A stretch of 64,000 bases of DNA from Marsupella aquatica (taxonomy: Eukaryota; Plantae; Marchantiophyta). The notes under the pieces are model-generated. The model was not told where the DNA came from and did not search any database. It worked only from the letters and a program-made list of their open reading frames with translations. The position numbers and the translations under genes are program-made. Below are positions 1-10,950 of the stretch, one piece after another (within the stretch, counting starts at the first letter, position 1; every line of letters starts with the position of its first letter). The stretch lies in the NCBI GenBank assembly GCA_973895155.1, contig OZ316894.1, forward strand, positions 26,645,240 to 26,709,239, read 5' to 3'.

Positions 1-690
1 AGTTGCAACATCACGACGAATAGCCGCTGGCAAATCTAGCTCTCTACCATAGAGCAAGAAATAGGGTGAGAAGGATGCAAGTGATGCTTGTCGACTGAAA
101 CGGTAGCCCATAGCTAACCAAGGCAGTTGGAGATCCCAGTCTCCCAAATGACCAACCTGCAAGCCATACTTGCACAATCCTCTCTTCACAATTTGTACAA
201 CTCTCTCTGCCAATCCATCTGCCTCAGGATGATTGCGAGAAGTAGTACGATGGTCAATCAGAGCTTGCTCACACAAACTCTCAAAATCTCCACGGAATTC
301 CGTGCCCTGATCAGTCAACCTCCAAAGTGACTGAGTACACGATCCAAAAATGTGGCAGCAACTCCTCCGCTAGCTTTATCTGGCAACGCCACTAGCTCAA
401 TCCACTTGGAAAAATGCTCCACCATAACCAAAACATAACGGTTATGTCGTTGGGTGAGAGGCAATGGACCAGCAAAGTCCAAACTCCATCTGTACCCCAA
501 ACCCATGATTGGCAATGGATGCAATTGGGGAGTGGGAGCATTAAATGATGCTTGCACTCGATCACAAACCACACACTTAGCTATCAATTGTTGAACATCA
601 GTGTGCATACCATGCCACCAATACTATGTCTGCAGCAAGCTATAAGTGCGCTTGACACCAAAGTGCCCTAACTCCTCGTGCGCATGTCGC
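1..690 (-). pseudogene. Retroviral-type integrase domain (zinc-binding + DDE core), truncated by window
   Basis: HAHEELGHFG...CVVC zinc motif; RWSLDFAGP (D1), LTDQGTEF (D2, ~295-320), DGLAERVVQIVKRG (E, ~180-220). Confidence 0.9.
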
Positions 691-2519
691 ACCAAATGTA
701 CTGGTTGTGATGGTTTTGGTACCACCAATACCTTACCATCACGTAGTACTCTCAAAAGATGGCTTCCTTCCCATCGAAACCTCTTGGCTCTCTGTAGAAC
801 CCTGTCACGTTCCTTGGCATCAACACTGCCAACAATAGAACCACTGTGCAGATATTCCAACACTCTCACATCATTGTGAATATCTTGCTGTCCAAAAGTT
901 ACCTCACCAACATACACATCTAAAGACTCATCATCTACTTCATCCAATGAAGTAGAATCCACAGATCCACTGCATGCTGGAACCCAACAAAGGAAGGCAG
1001 ATGCATGCCATCCTGACACCATCTCCTTATCTGACTCATCATGCCATCTGGCTCCAGTCTCATCCTGCTGACTGGTACATGGGTTGCGGCTCAATCCATC
1101 CGCATCCAAGTTCACTTTTCCAGGTCTATGTACAACCTGGAAATCATATTCCTGCAACAACAATGCCCATCTTGCAAACTTCCCAGTAAGCTTGTCAGAC
1201 TCCATTAACCACTTGAGAGGCTGATGATCAGTGATCAAAGTGAAAGGATTACCAAACAAGTAACAGCGGAAGTGTGCCACAGCCCACACTGCTGCCAAAC
1301 ACTCTCCCTCATAAGAGCTATACTTAGCCTCTGCTGAATTGTTTGATCTACTGGCATATGCCACAACAAACTCATGCCCTTCATCATCTTTCTGAGTCAG
1401 CACTGCTCCAAGTCCTACTCCACTCCAATCAGTGTGTAGCTGAAATGGTCTCCCTGAAATGGGTCTTCTCAAAATAGGGGATGATGCCAATCTTTCTTTC
1501 AACTCGTGAAAGGCATGCTCCTGATCATCACCCCAAATCCATTCCTGATCCAACTTAGTGAGTATGGTCAAAGGTTTAGCAAGCTGGCTAAATCCTTTAA
1601 CATATCTCCTATAGTAGCTCGCCAATCCCAAGAATGCACGAACTCTGCTCACATCAGTAGGACGAGGAATCTGTCTAATGGCCTCCACTTTAGTCTGTTG
1701 TACACCCAATCCCCCTGGGTATATAGTGTGGCCCAAATACTCAATCTGTTCTTGGAAGAATTTACACTTGCCAGGATGGAGCTTTAACCCATGTGCTCTC
1801 AATCTCTCCAACACAATCTGCAAGTGTTGCTGATGTTCTTCCATAGTAGAAGAATAAACCAAAATATCATCAATATAACATCTGACAAAATCCAAACCCG
1901 CAAGGATTCGATCCATGACTCTCTGAAACTCAGCTGGTGCATTCTTCAACCCAAATGGTAAGAACAACCACTGATACAAACGATCCTTGCCATAAGAATC
2001 AATTCCCCAGAATGCTGTCTTGGACCTCTCAGAATGTCTGATTGGAAGCTGATGATACCCTGCCCTCAGATCCAATAAACTAAAAACCTTTGCATGCCCC
2101 ACTGCATCAAAGATCTCCTCAGGTGTGGGCATGGCATATCAATCAGATTTTGTCTGACGATTAATAGGTCGGTAATCACCACACATTTGCCTATCTGTGT
2201 AATTACCATGCACATCCTTCTTGGCTGGCATCACTGTGGCAGATGCGTACTCCCCGTATGAGATCTCCACCAAACCAGCCTCCAACAAATCTTGATTTCT
2301 GCTCTGAATCAGAGCTCTCTCCATGTCACTATAACGGTATGGTCTACGAAAGATTGGCGCATCACTAGCCAATTCAATCTGAATACCAGGGCCCTTCAAT
2401 GTCCCCAAATCCTTCATGCTGAATGCAAAACAATTCCAATAACTCTTTAGGAATCGATGCATGCGACGTCTCTCCTCCCCTGTCAACTTAGGACCAATCT
2501 GTGGCTCCCAACTCTCCAC
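624..2519 (-). pseudogene. Reverse transcriptase + RNase H of Gypsy pol
   Basis: MCGDYRPIN, LDLRAGYHQL, LPFGLKNAPAEFQRVM, CYIDDILVYS, KCKFFQEQIEYLGH, FLGLASYYRRYV; RNase H LHTDWSGVGLGAVL, YASR, ITDHQPLKWL, ADGLSR. Confidence 0.95.
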
Positions 2520-2779
2520 CAGATCCCTAATATCTTTTTGTAGGGTAGAAGAGATAGCCGATGATTGCTATTTAGCAGTAGATTGAGCAGTCCCTTCCTG
2601 CTCAATAATCTGTCCAGCTTTGGCCGATCTTGCCATAGGTCCATGGACTGTCTGCTTGCCCCCAGCTGTGGTCATCACTGTCTCAATGGACCGCAAGCTC
2701 ACTAATGGACGATCAGTAACACCAGCAGAGCGCATCCACAATTGTTCAGCTACTCCCAAGCTGATAATCCAAGTCAAGC

Positions 2780-3720
2780 AATTCAAATCCATGGCTTGAC
2801 CAAGGACTTGGCGGCGAGAACTCTCTGACACCGAGGCAACTGCAGTAGTGCCTGTCAAAAATCCCATAGGACGCTCTCTTTCATCAGTAGTAGGCTCCAC
2901 TAACTGCTATAGAGTTGTATCCCACACAAGTCCAGGCCCACCTGCTCTAAATGCATATGAAGCAGAATGGCTCACAAAAGTGGGTAATGCACAACGCGGG
3001 CAACCAACTACATTGACCACTGCCAATGGAGGTCTGTCAGACTGGGTCACATGTTGTGCACAACGCCCTGGATCCAAAATATCATCCACCACCAAGGATG
3101 TTGAGCGAGGAATGCTATCAAATGCTCGCTTCAACACTTCACAAGGTAACAAATTAGTCCACCACAAGCGTGGACGATGTGCACGAGAACCCACACGTGC
3201 AGCATCCAATAACACAGCAAGTCCAATCCAAGATCTGACCTGATGAACACTAGCAACAAGTCGATGACGCTCATCACCCAATAGTGGCACATTCTCCAAA
3301 ATGTAGGTAGGGGAATGTGTTTGATGTAACTGGAGATGACGCAATACCCGTAACATCTCCCAAAACAATGCAGAGCGTGGATCATGAAGTCCATGTCCAA
3401 CTCCAGCTCTAGATTGGCCTTGACATGGCCAACCAGCAATCACCAAATCAATAGGGCCAACGCGATCCAAATGATCTGCCCCCAACAGTGAAATATCAGC
3501 AGGCAGTGCATGCTGATAGCCACGAACAGTATCCACTGGCAACAATTGTGGATAACGGTCCACCAACATAGCCACATGGCGCAATGAGACTCTCCCTGTT
3601 ATCTCATCTGTCTCCACATACAAGTAGCGACGCACAGAAATTCCTGCCTGAAGAACAGCAGCCAATCTAGTGCTAATTCCACCAAATAGATCGAGCAAAC
3701 AAATACCCTCTGGTGGATAT
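2780..3720 (-). pseudogene. DNMT3-like C5-cytosine DNA methyltransferase domain embedded in pol (copy 1)
   Basis: Motif I LLDLFGGIST, II YLYVE, IV GPIDLVIAGWPCQG (catalytic PC), VI ILENV, VIII LDAARVGSRAHRPRLWWTNL, IX DERERPMGF, X RRQVLGQAM, in canonical I-X order; in frame with RT except for single stop codons. Confidence 0.9.
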
Positions 3721-4189
3721 TGTCACGCAATAGGGGTGGTATCCAATGGTGAAAGAGTCACTGGTCCACCTGTAGGAGATTGCTCTACTCCTGACTGTGG
3801 TGTAAAAGCATGACGCCATGCATCATGTACCAATTGTGCTGCCCTCTACGGCAAGGCTTGTGGAGTACCCCATACTGGTGGCACAACACTAGTTGGATTG
3901 GGATCATCCCAATCCAAGTTGCTCCTTCGCACCATCTGCTCCTCATGTGACTCCTCCACTGATGGAACATCTGCTGCATGTGCATTACCCTCCATCAAAT
4001 CATCAGGATCAGTGATCAAACCACTGAAGGCTGCCAAAGACAATAGTGTGGGTTTAGGGCCTCCCACAGGTCCACTAAATTGCACTGGCAACCTGCTCAA
4101 TTGAGCATCTCCTGACTGCCAATCAGGTTTATATGATATTGATTCATCCCAAAAATCAAGAATAAATCCCATGGGGTATAACACTATAC

Positions 4190-4570
4190 ATCCCACCAAC
4201 ACATCATATGACTCTGACTTAGTCAAAATAGCTCGTGCCTGTATGTGGGAGCTATCCTTGGCATGACCCTCCTGATCCTCAATTCAAGTGGTCGTCTGGT
4301 GATGTGCTGTGTGGGTGTAGGTCCCCCCAATGAAGTCTGAATAGGAAAGGGACACTCCTCCAGATCATCTGGACGCAATGCCAATCCTCGTACCGCAAAC
4401 TTATCCACCATCAATGGCTGAGCACCAGTATCCAGTAACACTCTCTCTGGCTGGTATATGGCTCCAATAGGTCCAACTAATCGGAAGATACCACTCCGAT
4501 TATCCAATGACACAACACTAGGTTTAAACCGAGTCCTCTCAAATGCAAGGCGTGCTGGTAAATCCATCAA
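4190..4570 (-). pseudogene. Retropepsin-like aspartic protease domain
   Basis: ERVLLDTGAQPLM catalytic D-T-G motif; C-terminal YDVLVG motif after a 1 bp frameshift. Confidence 0.85.
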
Positions 4571-5309
4571 CTTTGCCGCTGTTGCATGCTATGTCTCACT
4601 AGTTGCAGTAGGGGGTGTCAACTTTTTTGCTCTAGAACTGCATGCTGCCTCTGCATGAGAAGCCAAAACTGGAGTATCCTCACATAATGTGGCTGCCAAT
4701 CTGAACACATCGGCTGGACCAATTCCCAAGTGCAGCATGTCTGTCGCTGAGAATAATAGGGTGGGCAATATGGTCGTAGCCGCCCCCAGCAAGGTACCTA
4801 TCATCCCTGCTGCATCACTACCTGATTCTGCCAACTGACCCACACTAGGGTTTGTCCGAACCGGGTTCATAGAGGCAGTCTGAACTGTCTCTAACAATGT
4901 AAAAGATTGAGGAAGCTGTGTCTACCGACGTGCATCCCCCCTCTGTGGATCTAGCTCCACTACTGCTCCTCGGGGCTCAAGAGTTTTTGCTGCCTCACGC
5001 GTCAAAGCTGTTGATGCATCAATGTGTGTAGTGCCACACATGAATCCCATAGTGGCAAGATCTCCATCAACCCCATAAGATGTGGAAGCCCCATAGGATG
5101 TAGAAGCCCCATCACCAGAAGCAAGTCTCACCTGAGAACTAGCCATAGCAGCTAGTTGTTGCTCCAATTGAGCAATCTTAGTATCCTTAGGATCTGTGGT
5201 CGCAACAGGAGCGGTATCACCTCCCTGCCTCGCTACATGTGGCATACCTCAGCCACGACCACCACCTCTAACTCCTCTTCCCTGATCATGTGTGCGTTGT
5301 CCTCCTCTC

Positions 5310-6483
5310 CATAACTCAGGATGGAGTGAAAAACACCTTTCCTTGGTGTGTCCAGGAGCTCCACAATGATCACATTGCCGCTGATCAGGTGCTGAGGTCC
5401 CTCATGACCCTCTATGATCAGGGCAATACCGCTGCGCATGATCCCCACCACAGGTCCAACATCCTGACTATTGTCCAGCATAGGAAGGCACAGGTCTCTG
5501 ACTGGTAGATTCCCGTGCAATGGGCTTCTCCCTCTGACTCTTACGTGCAGTAGGCTATGATGTGGGTGTAGATGCAGCCTTTGGTGCTTCCTTGGCAAAC
5601 CCGGAAGTCACCACTTTCTCATTCACCATATTGAGCTCAATGCGCTCTGAAAGTGTAAAAACAACTGCCAATGTGGGATCTGCATCCCTAAATAGAGTGA
5701 CATCTCTCACTCTGCGTTGTAATTCTCTATCTAGAATTGCATACCAAAATTGGACTGCCTGAGCCTCTGTCACTCCCTTGGTGATAGTGATCAATCTGCG
5801 CATACGAGTGTATGCCTCACGTAGACTCTCTCTAGTCTTGCGTTGAAACTCCTGGAGACCCTTCAACTTATCAATCCTCACACCCTGATAGTTTTGCTTT
5901 AATACTTCAAAGAACTCCACCATAGGGTTAAACGTTGGCGTAACTCCAACCCCCGTCACAATCGCACCGGTAGGAGTAGCGGTGGATGTTGTTGGAGTGG
6001 TACTGGTAGATGGTGTGCCACTCTGGCTAGTGCTGCTAGAAGAAGCAACAGCTGTAGCAATGGGTTGGGCAGCCGCTCTAGTGCCATAGGTGATGGACAC
6101 ATAATTAGGCAACCAATGCTCCTCCATGCCTCAATCTCAACCAAATGAGCCTTCCAAAACTCATGGTAGTCATCCATGGGTGGCCCCTCCAAATGCTGAA
6201 ATAATCCTTTCCATGCCATGAAAGGGGTAAACAACGTGGCATTACGTAATGACTGCATATCGCACCACGTATCAAACTTCTGGATGAAGTCATCCAGATC
6301 AATCGTGCCAACTGTACCAGAGTATCGTCGTGGGCCCTTTGTAGCCCCGTACATCTCTTCCATATCCCACAACAAAGGTGCAATCATCTGATGACAAGGA
6401 GACCTGGTCATAGAGTCCTCGTCAGAATCACTATCTGAAGCTGCACTTGCAACTGCTATCAATGTTGTTGGCCGAAACGGCAC
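5310..6483 (-). pseudogene. Gag (retrotransposon capsid-like) with two zinc knuckles
   Basis: YSGTVGTIDLDDFIQKFDTWC and FQRKTRESLREAYTRM (Gag Q-x4-E-S-x3-Y-x2-R type motif); knuckles CWTCGGDHAQRYC (~5425-5462) and CDHCGAPGHTKERC (~5333-5375) read from the minus strand. Confidence 0.8.
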
Positions 6484-6795
6484 CCCACTTCGAGTGAAAC
6501 CGGTCCTCTATCCCTCGAACAGTCCCGTAGCACCCAAAGAATCCGTGATGACAAATCTGCCCTAAATCATCACCATCACCTTCATAATAGGCTTCACAAT
6601 GCCCCAATGTTGTAGCTAAGAATCCATGCAAAATTGATCCAATCTATGCATCCAGATGGATTCAGAAGTATCAAAAACTTCTAAGTAGCTTCTAATTTGG
6701 CCCAAAACAGGTCTCTAGACAAACTAACAAGTGTATAAAGCCCCCTGGCCCTTCAACTTAGACAACAAGTTGTGAAAGCTTGTGTGTACACTATG

Positions 6796-8314
6796 TGTCA
6801 TAAGAACTCCATGGTTAAGCACGCGCAGGAGGAATAGCTTTGGGATGGGTGACCTCCCCCTTGGAGTTATGCACCAACTTAGGCACTCCAAACCAACCAA
6901 TTGTCAACTACTCCTCCCGTACCAGCAAGCTGCCTTGCGGCCCACTCCGGTCTGGCTTCTGCTCCGCCCTCACGCCCCTCGTCACGAGTCGCCTTGAAAC
7001 ACCGAGATGAGCCTGAGGGAGCCCTTCACACCCGCCACACTCCGATACGTCGGGGTGAACCTCCAATTCAAATCCATTCAACAGTCATCCGGACGCTCGG
7101 TCCGCAAGTTGGAGTGGGATGATCCCAATCCAAGTCCTTCACGTCCACTACACAGGTGAAGTCACCAACATACAATTGGATTGGGTTGATCCCAATCCAA
7201 ATCCACTTCAAGATCTAGATGAGGTCTGTGGACACGCCAACACAAAGTCGGACTCGGATGATCCCAATCCAAATCCACTTCAAGGTCCAGATGAGGTCTG
7301 TGGACACGCCAACACAAAGTCGGACTCAGATGATCCCAATCCAAATCCACTTCCTAGTCAAAATGAGGTCAATCTCAAGAGACAACCCGTAATTGGACTA
7401 GGATGATCCTAGTCCAAAACAAGGCGCGCCACAAAACACGCCGCAATTCTCGGACCACAACACTGTTCAACAATATTGTCGTTTTCCTTGTGCCCTAGGT
7501 CGCCGCCACACCTCGTCTTAACGCGGACTCCATTGCGACACCGACAATGAAATTCACCAACCTTCGATTGTCACTTCCTTCATAAGTGCACTATCCATCA
7601 ACAAACCTCAAATCCGCAACAACCTTTGCAATGCAATCAATAAGGACTAGAACTCCAAAAATGCAATGTAGCAACTAGCACTCAAAGCGCCTTCTGATCT
7701 TCGATCAGTCTTTCATTGCCATATTCGACAAGCTCCAAATGTCAATTTGATAATCAACTTCAAACCGGACTTCAATGAACAAACTATTAGAGAGCTGCAA
7801 ACAGCACCAAGCTGCGCTCTCCGAGTAATCAATAGCTCACAATCCCCAATCAACTAGCCGCTGATCTGACTTGAGCTACCACAAATCAACCAGCAAGCTC
7901 TCCACGATCCAAGCTACCATGGATCAACTCTACAATACAGCAAGCTTCGAAACAGCTTCGAATCAACTTGCAGTGATCTTTCAATGTAATCTTCAATGGA
8001 TGAAATCGAACAACAAAGGTGCAATCCAACAACAATCCCGTCCAACACGATCACACATATATATCAAGCCCAACGCACCTTGTGCTTCAAGGAATCCATG
8101 TTACATGCACACAACCTGGTCAGCCACACCATAGCCACCGAGCTCATGCTCAAAGGCTCAACATTGAAAGATGAGGCCTTTGAGCCAACACAAGGGGATA
8201 ACTATCCCTCACACCAACTCAAACTAAACACAAAGTGCTCATATAGCACACATACAAAACCTCTATACCCTGGATAGTACAATATACTTTACTACCACTC
8301 TAAATGGTGTGACA
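6796..8314 (-). repeat. Candidate 5' LTR of copy 1
   Basis: Outer end TGTCACA at 8314 is well supported by the homology breakpoint. Inner end ...TTATGACA at 6796 is only a guess: no canonical tRNA PBS was recognised and the partner LTR is outside the window. Confidence 0.5.
7176..7352. repeat. 72 bp tandem repeat (~2.3 units) inside the putative LTR
   Basis: GATCCCAATCCAAATCCACTTC starts at 7188, 7260 and 7332 (period 72). Confidence 0.9.
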
Positions 8315-10950
8315 TGGTTTTGGTGCCACCAACACCCTACCATCACGCAATACTCTCAGAAGATGGTTTCCTTCCCATCAAAACCTCTTGGCTCTTTGTA
8401 GAACCTATCACGCTCCTTGGCATCAACACTGTCAACAATAGAACCACTACGCAGATATTCCAACACTCTCACATCATTGTGAATATCTTGTTGTCCAAAA
8501 GTTACCTCACCAACATCCACATCTGAAGACTCATCATCCACTCCATCCAATGAGGTAGAGTCCACAGATCCACTGTATGCTGGCACCCAACAAAGAAAGA
8601 TAGATGCATGCCATCCTAGCACCATCTCCTTATCTGACTCATCATGCCATCTGGCTCTAGTCTCATCCTGTTGACTGGTACATGGGTTGCAGCTCAACCC
8701 ATATGCATCCAAGTTCACCTTTCCAAGTCTATGTACAACCTGGAAATCATACTGTGGAAGATGCATACTCCCCATATGAAATCTCCACCAGTCCAACCTC
8801 CAACAAATCTTGAGTTTTGCTTTGAATAAGAGCTCTCTCCATGTCACTATAACGGTATGGTCTATGAAAGATTGGCGCATCACTAGCCAATTCAATTTGA
8901 ATACCAGGGCCCTTCAATGTCCCCAAAACCTTCATGCTGAATGCAAAACAATTCCAATAACTCTTCAAGAATCGATGCATGCGACGTCTATCCTCCCCTG
9001 TCAACTTAGGACCAATCTGTGGCTCCCAACTCTCCACTAGATCCCTAATATCTTTTTGTAGGGTAGAAGAGATAGCCGATGATTGCTATTTAGCAGTAGA
9101 TTGAGCAGTCCCTTCCTGCTCAACAATCTGTCCAACCTTGGTCAATCCTGCCATAGGTCCATGGACTGTCTGCTTGCCCCCAGTTATGGTCATCATTGTC
9201 TCAATGGACCGCAACCTCACTAATGGACGATTAGTAACACCAACAGAGCGCATCTGCAACTGTTCAACTACTCCTAGGCTGATAATCCAAGTCAAGCATT
9301 CAAATCCATTGCTTGACCAAGGACCTGACGGCGTGAACTCTATGACACCAAGGCAACAACAGTGGTGCCTGTCAAAAATCCCATAACACGCTCCCTCTCA
9401 TCAGTAGTAGGTTCCACTAACTGCTGGAGAGCTGTGTCCCACACAAGTCCAGGGCCACCTGCTCTGAATGCATATGAAGCAGAGTGGCTCACAAGAGTGG
9501 GTAATGCACAACGTGGGCGCCCAACGACATTGACCACCACCAATGGATGTCTGCTAGGTTGGGTCACACCCTGTGCACGACGCCCGAGATTAAAAATATC
9601 ATCCACCACTAAGGCTGTTGAGCGTGGAATACTGTCAAATGCGCGTTTCAGTACCTCACATGCATGGGATCAAATTAGTCCACCACAAGCGTGGACAATA
9701 TGCACAAGAACCCACATGTGCAGCATCCAATAACACAGTAGGTCCAATCCAAGACCTCACCTGGTGAACACTGGCAACAATCCAACGACGATTATCACCT
9801 AAGAATGGCACATTCTCCAAAATGTATGCTAGAAACTATGTCTGATGTAGCTGGAGATGACGCAACACCCATAACATCTCCCAAAATAATGCAGAGCGTG
9901 GATCATGAAGTCCATGCCCAACGCCAACTCTAGATTGGCCCTAACATGGCCAACCAGCAATCACCAAATCAATGGGGCCAACATGATGCAAATGATCCGC
10001 CCCCAACAATGAAATATCAGCAGGTAGTGCATGTTGATAACCACAAACAGCATCCACTAGCAACAATTGTGGATATCTATCCACGGCCGCAATGAGATCC
10101 TCCGTGCTGTCTCATCTATCTCCACATACAAATAACGACGTATAGGAATTTCTGCTTGAAGAACAACAGCCAATCCAGTGCTAATCCCACCAAATAGATC
10201 CAACAAGCAAATACCCTCCGGTGGATATTGCCAAGCAATAGGAGTGGTATCCAATGGTGAAAGAGTCATCGGTCCATCTACAAGAGACTACTGTGCTCCT
10301 AACTATGGTGTAAAAGCATGACGCCATGCATCATGTACCAATCATGTTGCCACCTGCGGGGATGCTTGTGGCAAGGCCTGTCCAGTGCCCCACACTGGTG
10401 GCACCACACTGCCAACAGGTAATCCCCGCATGATCTGCTCTTCATGTGACTCCTCCAATGGTGGAACATCTGCTACATGCGTCCAAATTAATCAAATCAT
10501 TAGGTCCAATAATCACACCACTGAATGCGGCCAAAGACAATAGTGTGGATTTAGGGCCTCCCACAGGTCCACTAAATTGCACTGGCAACCTGCTCAATCC
10601 CACCAACACATCATATGACTCTGCCTTAGTCAAAATAGCTCGCGCCTGTATCTGTGAGCTATTTGTCGCATGACCTTCCTGAATCCTCAAATCAAGTGGT
10701 CTCCTGGTGATATGCTGTGTACGTGTAGGTCCCCCCAATGAAGTCTGAATGAGGTAGGGACAATCCTCCAAATCCTCTAGACGCAATCCCAATCCACGTA
10801 TGGCAGACTTACCCAAACATCAAGGGTTGAGCACCAGTATCCAGTAACACTCTCTCTGGCTGGTATACAGTTCCAAAAGGCCCAACTAATCGAAAGATAC
10901 CACTCTGATTATCCAATGACACAACACTAGGTTTAAACCTAGTCCTCTCA
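8315..10950 (-). mobile_element. Second, diverged and internally deleted copy of the MTase-bearing Gypsy family
   Basis: Colinear with copy 1 positions ~710-4540 (protease, MTase, RT start, RNase H end); lacks ~1.08 kb of the RT/RNase H core (junction ~8750) and 90 bp at ~10597. Confidence 0.92.
9300..10230 (-). pseudogene. DNMT3-like MTase domain, copy 2
   Basis: LLDLFGGISTG, YLYVE, IAGWPC*G, ILENVP, DERERVMGFLTGTT, RRQVLGQA; disrupted by stops and small indels. Confidence 0.88.

Larger units (their letters stand above)
1..6483 (-). pseudogene. Decayed gag-pol polyprotein of copy 1 (originally one reading frame)
   Basis: ORF pieces 315-608, 624-2132, 2139-2519, 2568-2900, 2907-3698 and 3846-4226 share one frame, separated by TAG/TGA stops. 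Pieces 4223-4570, 4589-4897, 4922-5245 and 5555-6127 share a second frame. Frameshifts lie near ~320, ~4270 (1 bp shorter than copy 2) and ~6125. Confidence 0.9.
1..8314 (-). mobile_element. Ty3/Gypsy LTR retrotransposon (copy 1) carrying a C5-DNA methyltransferase domain; 3' end runs off the left edge
   Basis: Minus-strand domain order gag - two zinc knuckles - aspartic protease (LLDTGA) - MTase - RT (YIDD) - RNase H (LHTDWS...SSYEGE...TDH) - integrase (HHCC, DDE), i.e. Gypsy order with integrase after RNase H. The minus strand starts TGTCACACC at 8314, exactly where homology to copy 2 breaks off. Confidence 0.92.

Noticed and set aside
2907-3698. Bacterial restriction-modification methylase or contamination
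   Set aside because: It is in frame with Gypsy pol in two copies, has no partner endonuclease, and is contiguous with intron-containing plant genes.
2907-3698. Host DNMT3/DRM gene
   Set aside because: It has no introns or regulatory domains and is flanked in frame by protease and RT.
6600-6800. tRNA primer-binding site for copy 1
   Set aside because: No TGG-initiated tRNA-complementary sequence could be recognised, so the inner LTR boundary is left tentative.
7109-7417. CRISPR-like array (palindromic repeats at ~70 bp spacing)
   Set aside because: Two of the intervening 'spacers' are near-identical, there are no cas genes, and the context is a eukaryotic LTR.
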